A DNA stretch of 64,000 nt from Candidatus Latescibacterota bacterium (GTDB lineage Bacteria > Latescibacterota > UBA2968 > GCA-2709665): assembly GCA_963667175.2 (NCBI GenBank), contig CAXXXF010000015.1, forward strand, positions 256,001-320,000, given 5' to 3'. Shown piece by piece: positions 1 through 9,723 of this stretch (positions are counted from its first letter, which is position 1; each line of letters starts with the position of its first letter). A program made the position numbers and the translations under genes. The notes under the pieces were generated by a model that saw only the letters and a list, made by a program, of their open reading frames with translations, ran no database searches and was not told the origin of the DNA.

Positions 1-478
1 CGACGTATACAGACATTCGAACCGGATGTATCCGGCTGATGCCGGCGACGATTCCGACAAATGCCCGTACGGTTGGTAGAAACCGGTTGAAGATTACAAT
101 CCGATCGCCGTACCTCGAAAATCCCGCCTCGACCCGGCCCAGGTTCTTTTCCGTGAGAATCCGGGACTTGAAGCCCAGAAAAAACGCACGCCCCTTCCAG
201 TACGCCACCGCGTAAACCAGCAGACACCCCAATGTGCTGCCCAACCACATTGCCAGATAGGCCGGCGCCAGCCGGACAATGCCCATACCGGCCAGATACG
301 CGCCGAATACGATCAGGGTATCTCCGGGAATCGGCGGTATCAGATTCTCCAGGAAAGCGCCGAGGAACAAGATAAAACAGATCAATTCCGGGGACTGATC
401 GTCCAGGTACGCCAGAAACTGCTCCCATGCCTGTGAAAGGAAAGCAAGATCGAACGGATAATCCAACAAGCCCTCCAT
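1..478 (-). CDS. dedA: DedA family membrane protein (runs off window start)
   Basis: Manual translation from ATG 478: MEGLLDYPFDLAFLSQAWEQF...FLGAFLENLIPPIPGDTLIVFGAYLAG, with a DedA-type ExxxPPxPGD motif; downstream SRFLPAIRSGIAVAAG. Confidence 0.85.
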   Translation of the reverse strand, partial: MEGLLDYPFDLAFLSQAWEQFLAYLDDQSPELICFILFLGAFLENLIPPIPGDTLIVFGAYLAGMGIVRLAPAYLAMWLGSTLGCLLVYAVAYWKGRAFFLGFKSRILTEKNLGRVEAGFSRYGDRIVIFNRFLPTVRAFVGIVAGISRIHPVRMSVYV

Positions 479-598
479 TGGAAGCGAATTCGAAAAACCC
501 ATTAGAAGCTACGAAACACGCGAAAACAACGAAAAATCCGTGGCTGAAATCAATTGCCACAAGAGGCCTGCCCGCGCGGCAGCCATATCAACGGACTG

Positions 599-1804
599 TC
601 AGCCCGCGGACCCTTTTCCGTGGTCGACGATCCCGGCGCCAGGCGAAACCAGCGCGACCGCCTGAGCGGCGATTCCCTCTTCTGCGCCCGCGAATCCCAG
701 GCCTTCCGTCGTCGTTGCCTTCACCGACAAGCGTTCCACCGCGATGCCGAGGGCCCCTGCCATCTTTCTCCGCATGTCGAAGATGTACGGCGCGAGCTTC
801 GGGCGCTGCGCGATTACGGTAGCGTCAACGTTGATAATCTCGGCGCCCGCGTCATTGACCAGGCCCGACACCCGCTTCAGGAGAACCAGACTTGAAATTC
901 CGGCATACGCAGGGTCGGCGTCGGGGAAATGACCGCCGATATCGCCCAGACCCATGGCGCCGAGAATCGCATCCGCAACCGCATGAGAGATCACGTCGGC
1001 GTCGGAGTGCCCCTGAAGTCCCCGGTCGAAAGGGATCTTCACGCCGCCCAGAATCAACGGCCGGCCGGCCGTAAGCCGATGGACGTCGTAACCCTGCCCC
1101 GCTCGCAGGTTCACGTTCGCGCTCCCGGCTCTGGATTTCAGGATCGACTCGGCCATCGCCAGATCCTCCGGCGCTGTGATCTTCAGATTGTCATCCCGGC
1201 CGTTTACCACGTGTACCGGGGCATTCAGGCGTTCGACAAGCGACGTGTCGTCCGTTCCCACGTATCCCGATCGGGCCGCCGCCTCGTGCGCCCGCCGCAA
1301 TATCAACGCGCGAAACGCCTGGGGCGTCTGAACCCGCCACATCCGCGACCGGTCGAGCGTCTGCAGCACGCGCCCGTTTTCGACCTCCTTGACCGTATCC
1401 GTTACGGGCGCGGCCAGCACCGCCGAGCCCTTCTCCCGCGCAAGATTGATGACAGCGTCGATCTGTCCGGGCAGTATCAGCGGCCTCGCCCCGTCGTGGA
1501 CCGCGATGACGCTCGCGTCGCCCGGCACCGCGCCGAGTCCCTGCGCAACGGAATCCTGGCGCTGCGCCCCGCCTTTCACGACGGCGGCGACCTTCCGGAT
1601 GCCCCACCGGCGGACCATCTCGCGGCATCGGTCCACGCGGTCCGACAGCGAGACAAGCACCACGTGGTCGACCTGACGCGCACGTTCGAATGCCGCCAGG
1701 GCATGGACGAGTACCGGACGCCCGGCCATGCTCAGGAACTGCTTGGGCAGGCCGTCCCCCATCCGGCGGCCGGCGCCCGCGGCAAGCAGGATTGCATAGA
1801 CCAT
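599..1804 (-). CDS. ispDF: Bifunctional 2-C-methyl-D-erythritol 4-phosphate cytidylyltransferase / 2,4-cyclodiphosphate synthase
   Basis: IspD motifs [21 protein letters not shown] and VQTPQAF, then IspF motifs GYDVHRL, HSDADV and KATTTEGLG. True start is MVYAIL at 1804; the track's upstream extension overlaps queA out of frame. Confidence 0.95.
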   Translation of the reverse strand: MVYAILLAAGAGRRMGDGLPKQFLSMAGRPVLVHALAAFERARQVDHVVLVSLSDRVDRCREMVRRWGIRKVAAVVKGGAQRQDSVAQGLGAVPGDASVIAVHDGARPLILPGQIDAVINLAREKGSAVLAAPVTDTVKEVENGRVLQTLDRSRMWRVQTPQAFRALILRRAHEAAARSGYVGTDDTSLVERLNAPVHVVNGRDDNLKITAPEDLAMAESILKSRAGSANVNLRAGQGYDVHRLTAGRPLILGGVKIPFDRGLQGHSDADVISHAVADAILGAMGLGDIGGHFPDADPAYAGISSLVLLKRVSGLVNDAGAEIINVDATVIAQRPKLAPYIFDMRRKMAGALGIAVERLSVKATTTEGLGFAGAEEGIAAQAVALVSPGAGIVDHGKGSAG

Positions 1805-1833
1805 AGTGACCGAACCGATCCCTGGAAGCTGTC

Positions 1834-2871
1834 TTAAAGAATCAGCATCGCGTCGCCGTAGCTGTAAAACCGATACCGCTTTCGCACCGCCTCTTCGTAC
1901 GCCTGCAAGATGAACGCCCGTTCCGCAAATGCGGAAACAAGCATGAGCAGGGTCGAACGCGGCAGATGAAAATTGGTGACCAGCGCGTCTACGAGCTTGA
2001 ACCGGTACGGAGGATGGACAAATAACCGGGTCCAGCCGGACCCGGGATTCAGCGTCCAGCGATCCCGGGTTCGCAACGCCGACCACTCGAGCGCGCGTAC
2101 GGTCGTTGTGCCCACCGCCACAACGCGCCCTCCATTCCCCCGGCACGCATTCACCTTCGCAGCGGTTTCCGGGCCGACCTCGAAGTACTCCGCATCCATT
2201 TCGTGGCGCCGGGGATCTTGCGCTTCCACGGGCTTGAACGTACCGGGACCCACGTGAAGCAGCAGCGGGACGATTTCGACACCGGACGACCGGATCCGGT
2301 CCAGGAGATCGGTCGTAAAGTGCAGTCCCGCGGTGGGCGCCGCCACGGCGCCGGGGATTCGCGCGTACACCGACTGATATCGTTTCCGGTCCGTCGGGTC
2401 CGCTTCCCTTCTGATATACGGGGGCAGCGGGATGCGCCCCTGGCTCTCCAGAACCCTTTCCAGGGATGTGGCGCCCTTGAACCGAACCATCCGCCGGCCG
2501 GAGGGCAGAACCTCCGTCACTTCCGCAACAAGGTCCGCGTCCTGAAAGGCCACTTTCGCCCCCTCCCGAAGACGACGGCCCGGACGCGCGAGAACTTCCC
2601 AGCAATCTCCGTTGCAGCGAACCAGCAAGAGCTCCACGGCCCCGCCGGAGCCGGGACGGTACCCGTTGAGGCGCGCCGGAAAAACGCGCGTTTCGTTGAC
2701 GACCAGACAGTCTCCGGGACGCAGAAAGTCCGGAAATGACCTGAACACCGCATGGTCAATCCGCCCGACTCTTCGATCCAACACCATCAGACGGGCGCCG
2801 TCCCGCTCCGAGGCGGGGAACTGAGCGATCAGTTCCTCCGGTAGCTCGTAATCGTAGTCGGCGAGGTTCAT
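1834..2871 (-). CDS. queA: S-adenosylmethionine:tRNA ribosyltransferase-isomerase
   Basis: [56 protein letters not shown]. Confidence 0.98.
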   Translation of the reverse strand: MNLADYDYELPEELIAQFPASERDGARLMVLDRRVGRIDHAVFRSFPDFLRPGDCLVVNETRVFPARLNGYRPGSGGAVELLLVRCNGDCWEVLARPGRRLREGAKVAFQDADLVAEVTEVLPSGRRMVRFKGATSLERVLESQGRIPLPPYIRREADPTDRKRYQSVYARIPGAVAAPTAGLHFTTDLLDRIRSSGVEIVPLLLHVGPGTFKPVEAQDPRRHEMDAEYFEVGPETAAKVNACRGNGGRVVAVGTTTVRALEWSALRTRDRWTLNPGSGWTRLFVHPPYRFKLVDALVTNFHLPRSTLLMLVSAFAERAFILQAYEEAVRKRYRFYSYGDAMLIL

Positions 2872-2886
2872 GCAATCCGATTGGAT

Positions 2887-3111
2887 TCAACGCCGGGAAA
2901 TGAGGTTCAGGACCAGGGTCAGGACGATGCTGACCGCAATACACGTCACGATCGGGAAATAGAAGCTGAACCCCTCCCGGCGAACGACGATATCTCCCGG
3001 AAGCCGCCAGGGAAAGGAGATCCTGTTCCCGATCCATATCAGGAAGCCGACCGAAAACATCAGAATCCCCAGAATCATCAGGATCCTGCCAAAGCCGGAA
3101 AACTCGCTCAT
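2887..3111 (-). CDS. DUF2905 family small membrane protein
   Basis: RLPGDI...FYFPIVTCIAVS motif; position upstream of queA is typical for this family. Confidence 0.85.
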   Translation of the reverse strand: MSEFSGFGRILMILGILMFSVGFLIWIGNRISFPWRLPGDIVVRREGFSFYFPIVTCIAVSIVLTLVLNLISRR

Positions 3112-3174
3112 GACGACGACCCTTCAGAGAAGCCAGAACTTACGGAATTCTGTACCCGGCGTCAACAGTCCGTT

Positions 3175-3228
3175 TAAAAAACAAAAACGTGAAACACGCC
3201 GCACCGCAGCGGTGGGCCGTTTCACGTC
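3175..3228 (-). terminator. Putative intrinsic terminator of the dehydrogenase gene
   Basis: ACGTGAAAC...GTTTCACGT stem with a T-rich tail on the minus strand just after the stop at 3252. Confidence 0.5.
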
Positions 3229-3251
3229 TGGCGTTCGGCTTGCGGCGACGA

Positions 3252-4286
3252 TCAGGGCGTGAAGACGACCTTCAACGCCTCCATATTCTCCGCCGCGGCA
3301 AATCCCTTTTCCCATTCGGCAAGCGGCAGCCGATGCGTAATGATGGGATCCACGTCGATCTTTCCGTCTGCAATCATCCAGATGGTCTTGTCCCAACTCG
3401 CGTATTCCGTCGACATGTTGAAATAGAGCGTGACGACCTTGGTCATTGCCGCGTCCCAGTCCAGTTGCACGGGCCGTTTGCCGGTAAGGCCGATCGCGCA
3501 AATCCGGCCCCACTTGCACACCAGATCGACAGCCTGGGCGATGGCAGGCGGCGCGCCCGAGCACTCGATGACCAGATCGGCCCCTTTTCCATCGGTCAAC
3601 GCCAGGCAGCGCTCCACCGGATCGGCCTCCGCGAAATTCACCACGTGGTCGACGCCGAGCTTGCGCGCCGTGGCCAGGCGCAATTCCTCGTCCGCCTGGG
3701 CGCCCACCATCATCACCTCCCTGGCGCCGGCCACCCGGGCGACCTGCGCGGCCAGCAATCCGATCGGGCCCGGACCCAGAACCACCACAAAATCGCCCAC
3801 CTCAATCGCCTGCCGATCGACAATATCCGTAACCGTATTGGCCGCCGGTTCAACCAGCGCCCCCTGCTCGAAACTCATGTGATCCGGTATGCGATGCAGC
3901 AGGTTCGTGGGATATTTCATATATTTCGTGAACGCGCCGTCTATCCCCCACCCCGGAGACCTTTTCTCCAGGCAGTTCTGAATATGCCCTTTTCGACAAA
4001 GGAAGCACTTGCCGCAGTGCAGCGTATGCGGCTCTCCAACCACACGGTCTCCCACTCTCCAATCCGTTACGGCCCGTCCGACTTCGACGATTTCACCTGA
4101 AAACTCATGACCCAGGACAACCGGCGGCCAATAAGGAAACGTATCGTGTTTCACGTGCACGTCCGTGCCGCAGATCCCCGCCGCCCTGATCTCGATCAGG
4201 ACCTCCTCGTCCGTAATCTCGGGCTCCGGCACGTCGCGCAATTCCAGAAACCCGACGCCTCGTTCGGTCTTGACAACCGCATCCAT
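3252..4286 (-). CDS. Zinc-dependent alcohol/polyol dehydrogenase (MDR family)
   Basis: GICGTD, GHEFSG, CGKCFLC...C structural Zn site, GPGPIG Rossmann motif. Confidence 0.93.
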   Translation of the reverse strand: MDAVVKTERGVGFLELRDVPEPEITDEEVLIEIRAAGICGTDVHVKHDTFPYWPPVVLGHEFSGEIVEVGRAVTDWRVGDRVVGEPHTLHCGKCFLCRKGHIQNCLEKRSPGWGIDGAFTKYMKYPTNLLHRIPDHMSFEQGALVEPAANTVTDIVDRQAIEVGDFVVVLGPGPIGLLAAQVARVAGAREVMMVGAQADEELRLATARKLGVDHVVNFAEADPVERCLALTDGKGADLVIECSGAPPAIAQAVDLVCKWGRICAIGLTGKRPVQLDWDAAMTKVVTLYFNMSTEYASWDKTIWMIADGKIDVDPIITHRLPLAEWEKGFAAAENMEALKVVFTP

Positions 4287-4431
4287 AATCCGCTCCCTTT
4301 TTTCATATCAACGGCGGTTCGAACGCATCCGGGGCACTGCGAAACGGACATCCCGGGACGGGGGGTTCTCACCTGAACCCGTCACACTGCAAAATCCCGA
4401 GAAAGGCGCCCGTCCGAGACGTGAATTCCCC

Positions 4432-4460
4432 TTGAATTTCGGGGTTCGATACTGTATAAT
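4432..4460 (+). promoter_or_regulatory. Sigma70-like promoter TTGAAT-N17-TATAAT
   Basis: Near-consensus -35 and -10 boxes with exact 17-bp spacing. Confidence 0.55.
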
Positions 4461-4471
4461 CCACCATCAAG

Positions 4472-4663
4472 TCAGCCGCAATCCAGACAACGAACCTCGT
4501 CAAAAATCCGATCCTGCTCATCCGGTTCGTCGATTGAAAAATTCACGAGGCACCTTACGGCCTTGGAAGCGTCTTCCAGACGGTATCGGGCGGCGACCTC
4601 TTCCAAAAAAGCCATCTGGTGAGTTTCCAGCTGGATTTCGAAGGTCTGTTTTTCCTTGAACAC
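4472..4663 (-). CDS. Small hypothetical protein (63 aa, C-terminal CxxC)
   Basis: GGAGG RBS 7 nt before GTG 4663; sequence VFKEKQTFEIQL...SKAVRCLVNF...RCLDCG; has its own upstream promoter. Confidence 0.7.
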   Translation of the reverse strand: MFKEKQTFEIQLETHQMAFLEEVAARYRLEDASKAVRCLVNFSIDEPDEQDRIFDEVRCLDCG

Positions 4664-4730
4664 GCCAGGGCCTCCATGCGGTTTCGGATTCCACCGTGTG
4701 AACTCAATATCTCCACGTATTCGACGGTCC

Positions 4731-4759
4731 ATGATAGGATTTCCACCTCGCATTGTCAA
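4731..4759 (-). promoter_or_regulatory. Sigma70-like promoter TTGACA-N17-TATCAT for the small ORF
   Basis: Consensus -35 and near-consensus -10 with a 17-bp spacer. Confidence 0.6.
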
Positions 4760-4861
4760 TGGAGATTCAACTTCCGGCGCCCTCTTTTTCCGGAACGGCC
4801 GGTACCCGACGCGATATATCGAAGAAATCGAAACGTCTGCTGATCGCCGGCTCCCGAATTC

Positions 4862-7720
4862 ATGTCGATACTCGAATCTTTCATCGCCGTTGACCTCGAA
4901 ACCACCGGGCTCGAACCACCCGCTGCCGAAATCCTGGAAATCGGCGCGGTGCGGGTGGATAACGGTCAGATCGTCGATCGGTTCCAGACGTACGTCAAAC
5001 CCGTCGGCGCCGTCCCGGAAGAAACGACGCGGCTCACCGGGATCACGGCAGCCACGGTCCGGGATGCGCCGAGGATCGACACCGCTTTCGAGGAATTCCG
5101 GAGTTTTGCCGCCGAACTGCCCCTCATCGCCCACCACGGACGCTTTGAGTCCCGTTTTTTGAACGCCCTGGACGGTATCCCGATTGAGAATTCGATACCC
5201 AGCGTGCGCGACCTCGCCCGCGCCGCGGCGCCCACCCTGCACGATCACCGCGTTGAGACCCTCGCCGAAACCTTCTCCGTTCAATGCGAAACACCCTATA
5301 AGGCTCTTTCCGACGCGGAAACCCTGGCGGGGATTTACCTCAATCTGATTGAGCTGCTCCGATCCGTTTCTCTGGAACTCAAGCAACAGATGCTTCGATT
5401 GCTGCAGGGCTCGCAGTCGGACCTGCTTCCCATCCTGGCCGCGCTGGCCGACGAAGGCGTGAGGAAGGAATTCCTTGCTCCCAAGCCGGGCGGAGGGCTG
5501 CCGGACGCCCCGTTGTTCAACGCGGGCGGGGAGACCCCCAGGGTTCAGCGCGAGCCCTCCGACCATCCGCTGGACGTCAAGGCGGTCTGCGACATGCTCA
5601 AACCCGGCGGTTGCTTCGAGGAGGGGGTCTCCGGGTACGAATACCGTCCCCAACAGGTCGAAATGGCACAGGCCGTAACCGAAGCCATCAACAACGGGCG
5701 GCACCTGGCCGTGGAAGCCGGCACGGGCGTGGGCAAGTCGATCGCCTACCTCGCGCCGGCAATTCTGTATGCAATGAAGAACAGCGTAAGATTCATCGTA
5801 TCGACCAACACCAAGAACCTCCAGGAGCAGCTTTTCTATAAGGACCTGCCCGCGCTGGCGGCGATTCTGGACGTGCCCTTCCGCTACGCCCTGCTCAAGG
5901 GTCGCAACAACTATATCTGCCTGAACAGGTGGGCGTCCGTTCTGGACAATCCGGACGCCAGCCTCACGCCGAACGAACGCATCGGCGCGCTGCCACTGGT
6001 GCTCTGGGCGGAAACCACCAAAACAGGAGACATCACCGAGAATACGGGTTTCAACCCGCAGCGGCTTGCAGGGCTGTGGACGAAAATCTGCTCCGACTCG
6101 GGCTTCTGCCGAAGCCAGCGTTGCCGCAACAACGGCCGGTGTTTTGCCAACAACATCCGCAGGAACTCCGCAAAAGCGCATCTGGTGGTGATCAACCATT
6201 CATTGCTCTTCTCCGATCTGGTCACCGAAAACGCCATCCTCGGCGAGTACTCCCACCTTGTCCTGGATGAAGCCCACAACCTGGAGAAGGTCGCGGCGCA
6301 CTATCTGGGAACGGAGCTGAGTGTATGGCGGGTGAAGAACCTGACCGATCAGCTGTGCGGACCGGGTTCGTCGGACGCGGGGACTCTGCCTGCCCTGAAA
6401 CACTGGATCGCCGCTGCGGATCCGGAACCGGCCACGGCAAAAGCCTTTGACGCCGGCATCAAATCCGCGACGATTTCGGTTCAGGAACTCTGGCTAAGGG
6501 CGCGGACCTATTTTGAAGACCTCACCCAACACCTTCTGAAACAGGCCGGCGCGCCGAGAAGCGCACACAGGGAGAAGATCCGCTATCGACCGGGGGAGTC
6601 CGCCTTCGAGGCCATGGCCGATTCGCTGAACCCGTTTTCGCTCGCTCTGGGTGAGTTGTGCAGCCGCCTCAAGGACATTTCGGACTGGCTTCGAGACCTG
6701 CCCGGGCACACCTTTCTCAACCAGGACGAGATCAATAACGAACTGGAAGGGTGCATGGAGACCGCCCGGACCATTCTGGACGATCTGAACGACCTCGTTG
6801 CGGCAAACGATGAGAACGCCGTCTACTGGATGGAATTGCCAGGGAGCGAAAAGAGCGCCGACACCCGCCTCTTTTCCGCTCCTCTGGACGTTTCGGGGAT
6901 GTTGAGCGGTGGGCTGTACGAAGGCAAATCAACGATCGTATTTACGTCCGCCACGCTGGGAATACGAGGCAAACTCACCTATTTCCTCCGGCGCATGGGC
7001 CTCGAAACCATGCCCGAGACCCGCCTCCGGACCCTCTGTCTGGGCTCCCCGTTCGACTACGGGAGACAGGCTCTGGTGTGCGCCCCGCGCTTTATGCCCT
7101 CGCCCAAATCGGCCGATTACCAGCAGGCGGTGGACACGCTGCTGCACGAACTCATGCTCCGGACGAAACGGGGCACGCTGGCCCTCTTCACCTCGTACAG
7201 GATGTTGAACCGCACCTACGATACCATCAAGCCCGACCTGCACACCAACGGCGTACTCGTGCTGGGACAGGGCATTGACGGATCCCGCACGAATATCACG
7301 GATCGGTTCAAACTCGAAAAAACCGCCATGCTGCTGGGTACCGACAGCTTCTGGGAAGGCATCGACGTACCGGGCAACGCGCTCCAGGTCCTGGGCATTG
7401 TGCGGCTTCCGTTCGCCGTGCCGTCCGAACCTCTTGTTGCGGCCCATATCGAGGAACTTGAAAAGCAGGGCAAGAACGCGTTTCTGAATTACTCCGTACC
7501 CGAGGCCATCCTGAAATTCCGGCAGGGTTTCGGTCGACTGATCCGCAACAGGACCGACCGGGGCGCGGTCGTGGTACTCGACAGCAGGGTACTTAGCACC
7601 CGATACGGCCGCGCGTTTCTGGAGGCCCTTCCCGTGGGGCATCGTACGTTCAACACCAGGGAAGAGATGATCGGCGCCATCGCCGCCTGGTTTGACGAAC
7701 CAAACGGAACAAGCCATTGA
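4862..7720 (+). CDS. dinG: DnaQ-family exonuclease fused to DinG family helicase
   Basis: N-terminal VDLETTG; helicase Q-motif YRPQQ, EAGTGVGKS, DEAH, LFTSY, SFWEGIDVPG, QGFGRLIR; Fe-S-type Cys residues. Confidence 0.93.
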   Translation: MSILESFIAVDLETTGLEPPAAEILEIGAVRVDNGQIVDRFQTYVKPVGAVPEETTRLTGITAATVRDAPRIDTAFEEFRSFAAELPLIAHHGRFESRFLNALDGIPIENSIPSVRDLARAAAPTLHDHRVETLAETFSVQCETPYKALSDAETLAGIYLNLIELLRSVSLELKQQMLRLLQGSQSDLLPILAALADEGVRKEFLAPKPGGGLPDAPLFNAGGETPRVQREPSDHPLDVKAVCDMLKPGGCFEEGVSGYEYRPQQVEMAQAVTEAINNGRHLAVEAGTGVGKSIAYLAPAILYAMKNSVRFIVSTNTKNLQEQLFYKDLPALAAILDVPFRYALLKGRNNYICLNRWASVLDNPDASLTPNERIGALPLVLWAETTKTGDITENTGFNPQRLAGLWTKICSDSGFCRSQRCRNNGRCFANNIRRNSAKAHLVVINHSLLFSDLVTENAILGEYSHLVLDEAHNLEKVAAHYLGTELSVWRVKNLTDQLCGPGSSDAGTLPALKHWIAAADPEPATAKAFDAGIKSATISVQELWLRARTYFEDLTQHLLKQAGAPRSAHREKIRYRPGESAFEAMADSLNPFSLALGELCSRLKDISDWLRDLPGHTFLNQDEINNELEGCMETARTILDDLNDLVAANDENAVYWMELPGSEKSADTRLFSAPLDVSGMLSGGLYEGKSTIVFTSATLGIRGKLTYFLRRMGLETMPETRLRTLCLGSPFDYGRQALVCAPRFMPSPKSADYQQAVDTLLHELMLRTKRGTLALFTSYRMLNRTYDTIKPDLHTNGVLVLGQGIDGSRTNITDRFKLEKTAMLLGTDSFWEGIDVPGNALQVLGIVRLPFAVPSEPLVAAHIEELEKQGKNAFLNYSVPEAILKFRQGFGRLIRNRTDRGAVVVLDSRVLSTRYGRAFLEALPVGHRTFNTREEMIGAIAAWFDEPNGTSH

Positions 7721-9189
7721 ATCCACAGGGCGTGACATCCATCAAGGAGCCCCTGGAGAAGCTACTCGCACAGGCGCCCCGGATTAACCACCCGCTGATC
7801 GGCCATGCGTATCACCTCGCAAACGCAAGCCACGAAGGACAGCACCGCGACGAGGGGCAGCCGTTTATCACCCATCCCATTGCCGTGGCGCTCATTCTGG
7901 CATCCGAACTCGGCTTCGCCAGAGACACGGATATGATCTCCGCCGCGTTGCTCCACGACGCCGCGGAAGACTCGGTGCTCACCCCGGAGGAGGACATCCT
8001 GCCCACGTTCGGCGCGCGGGTCACCGAACTGGTAAAGGGCGTAACCAAAGTTGACGAACCCGGCACACGCAGCCGATCCGCGCGCCGTTCCGCCACGCTC
8101 CAGCGTCTCTTCACCGCCGCGCACCGCGATCCGCGAGTACTCATCCTGAAACTCGCCGATCGGGTACACAACATGCGCAGCATCACGGGGATCAAGGACA
8201 CCAAACGACAGCATCGAATAGCGCAGGAGACCATCGACGTCTACGCGCCGCTGTCCCGTCTGCTGGGCATGGACCGTATACGCAGGGAACTGGAAGACCG
8301 CAGCTTCGGCTGCCTTCACCCCAGGGTCTACGACCAGCTTGTCCGGCTTACGCAAGGCGGCCCGCCGCAATCCTATCTCGACTTTCAGACCGCGATGCGC
8401 GATATTGTAACGAACAACGGTATCCGCACCCGCATCCGACTTCAAATGAAGAGCCTGAGCAGCATCTACGGCAAGGCCATCGGCGCCCGAACGGACGAAT
8501 CGCCGCTTCCGGTAGACAACGTCCACGACCGGTACACCGTTATTGCGATCACTTCCAGTCGTTACACCTGCTACAGAGCGCTCGGAGTCATCCATCACAG
8601 GTTCAACCCGCTAATGGACGGGATAAAGGACTTTATCGCCCTGCCAAAACGGAACGGTTACCAGGCGCTGCAGACAACCGTCATCCACAATGGACAACGC
8701 TTTGAAGTCGCGATCCAGACCCCTTCCATGTACAGAATGGGAGAACTGGGCGTGGCGACCCTGCGCGGCGGGGAACTCCAGGAAGAGCGGCGGACCCGGT
8801 GGCTTCAGGAACTGGCCGAGTGGCACGAACACGGCGGTTCCGGCATTCATTTCCTGGACGAAGTCAAACGCATGCTCTTTGTCCACGAAATGGCGGTATT
8901 CACGCCCAACGGCGATCCGATTATTCTGCCGGAGGGCGCAACCCTGGCGGATTTTGCTTTTGCCGTCCATACGGACCTGGGTCTCCACTGCATCGGCGGG
9001 CGCGTCAACGGCAGACCCGCATCGCGCTTTTCAGTTCTGAACTGGGGCGATACCATTGAAGTAGATACCACGCCCCACCGGCAACTGAAACGCAGCTGGC
9101 TGCGATATGTAAAGACCTACCGCGCACGCCGCCTGATCCGCCGTTACATCGCCCGCGCGGAGTCATCCGGCGAACAGATCATCGAGTAG
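7717..9189 (+). CDS. RelA/SpoT homologue (HD hydrolase + divergent synthetase + TGS, no ACT)
   Basis: HxGQxRxxGxPFITHP, LLHDAAED, KLADRVHNMR, KDFIALPKRNGYQ, TGS motif VFTPNG...DFAFAVHTDLG. Confidence 0.9.
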   Translation: MNPQGVTSIKEPLEKLLAQAPRINHPLIGHAYHLANASHEGQHRDEGQPFITHPIAVALILASELGFARDTDMISAALLHDAAEDSVLTPEEDILPTFGARVTELVKGVTKVDEPGTRSRSARRSATLQRLFTAAHRDPRVLILKLADRVHNMRSITGIKDTKRQHRIAQETIDVYAPLSRLLGMDRIRRELEDRSFGCLHPRVYDQLVRLTQGGPPQSYLDFQTAMRDIVTNNGIRTRIRLQMKSLSSIYGKAIGARTDESPLPVDNVHDRYTVIAITSSRYTCYRALGVIHHRFNPLMDGIKDFIALPKRNGYQALQTTVIHNGQRFEVAIQTPSMYRMGELGVATLRGGELQEERRTRWLQELAEWHEHGGSGIHFLDEVKRMLFVHEMAVFTPNGDPIILPEGATLADFAFAVHTDLGLHCIGGRVNGRPASRFSVLNWGDTIEVDTTPHRQLKRSWLRYVKTYRARRLIRRYIARAESSGEQIIE

Positions 9190-9289
9190 CCGGGAATTCG
9201 CTTCCATACGAATGATACGCCGTCCGGATCGCCGACGTCGTTCGACAGTCCTTCTTTCATGTTGACCTGAATGCCCCGGGAGTCGTGCC

Positions 9290-9631
9290 TTGACATTCCG
9301 CCTCTTCCTCGTCGCGGCGCTGGTGGCCCTCACCGCCTGCGGTCGCGACGCCGAACGCTTGCAGACTGAGATCGCCGGGCAGGAAAAGAAAATCGTTGAG
9401 GCAAGGACCGTTTTTCAACTCGAACAAAAGCGCATGGGCGAGTTACGGGACAGCCTCGAAATCAACATCCGGCGGAATGTCGCACTGAAGTTGGACTCGA
9501 CCACTGCCGCGTCGATCGAAAAGGAACGCCTGGAACTCCAGGGAACGATCGTCGAAGCGGCGAAACGCAACCTGCACAGCCAGCGGGAATTCCTGGCCCT
9601 CCTGAAGAAACGTCTCCAGGACCACAGATAA
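9290..9631 (+). CDS. Hypothetical lipoprotein (coiled coil)
   Basis: GGGAG RBS, TTG start, lipobox LTAC, then a charged helical region. Confidence 0.65.
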   Translation: MTFRLFLVAALVALTACGRDAERLQTEIAGQEKKIVEARTVFQLEQKRMGELRDSLEINIRRNVALKLDSTTAASIEKERLELQGTIVEAAKRNLHSQREFLALLKKRLQDHR

Positions 9632-9723
9632 TCCCGTCGGCGCGCGCGACGGCACAATCTGCTTTTTCGAAGCCGCCGTCCTTCACTCCACGGTGTGGAA
9701 TCGATCTGCGTTAGAGGTCCAAT

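Noticed and set aside
1805-2605. Long N-terminal extension of the ispDF ORF in the track
   Set aside because: It overlaps queA in another frame; IspD homology starts at MVYAIL (1804).
4472-4474. TGA after CLDCG as a possible Sec readthrough
   Set aside because: It does not replace a recognisable conserved Cys, and no convincing SECIS or downstream homology is visible.
4664-6199. 575-aa minus-strand ORF
   Set aside because: Antisense shadow of dinG; only the last 63 codons have an RBS and promoter.
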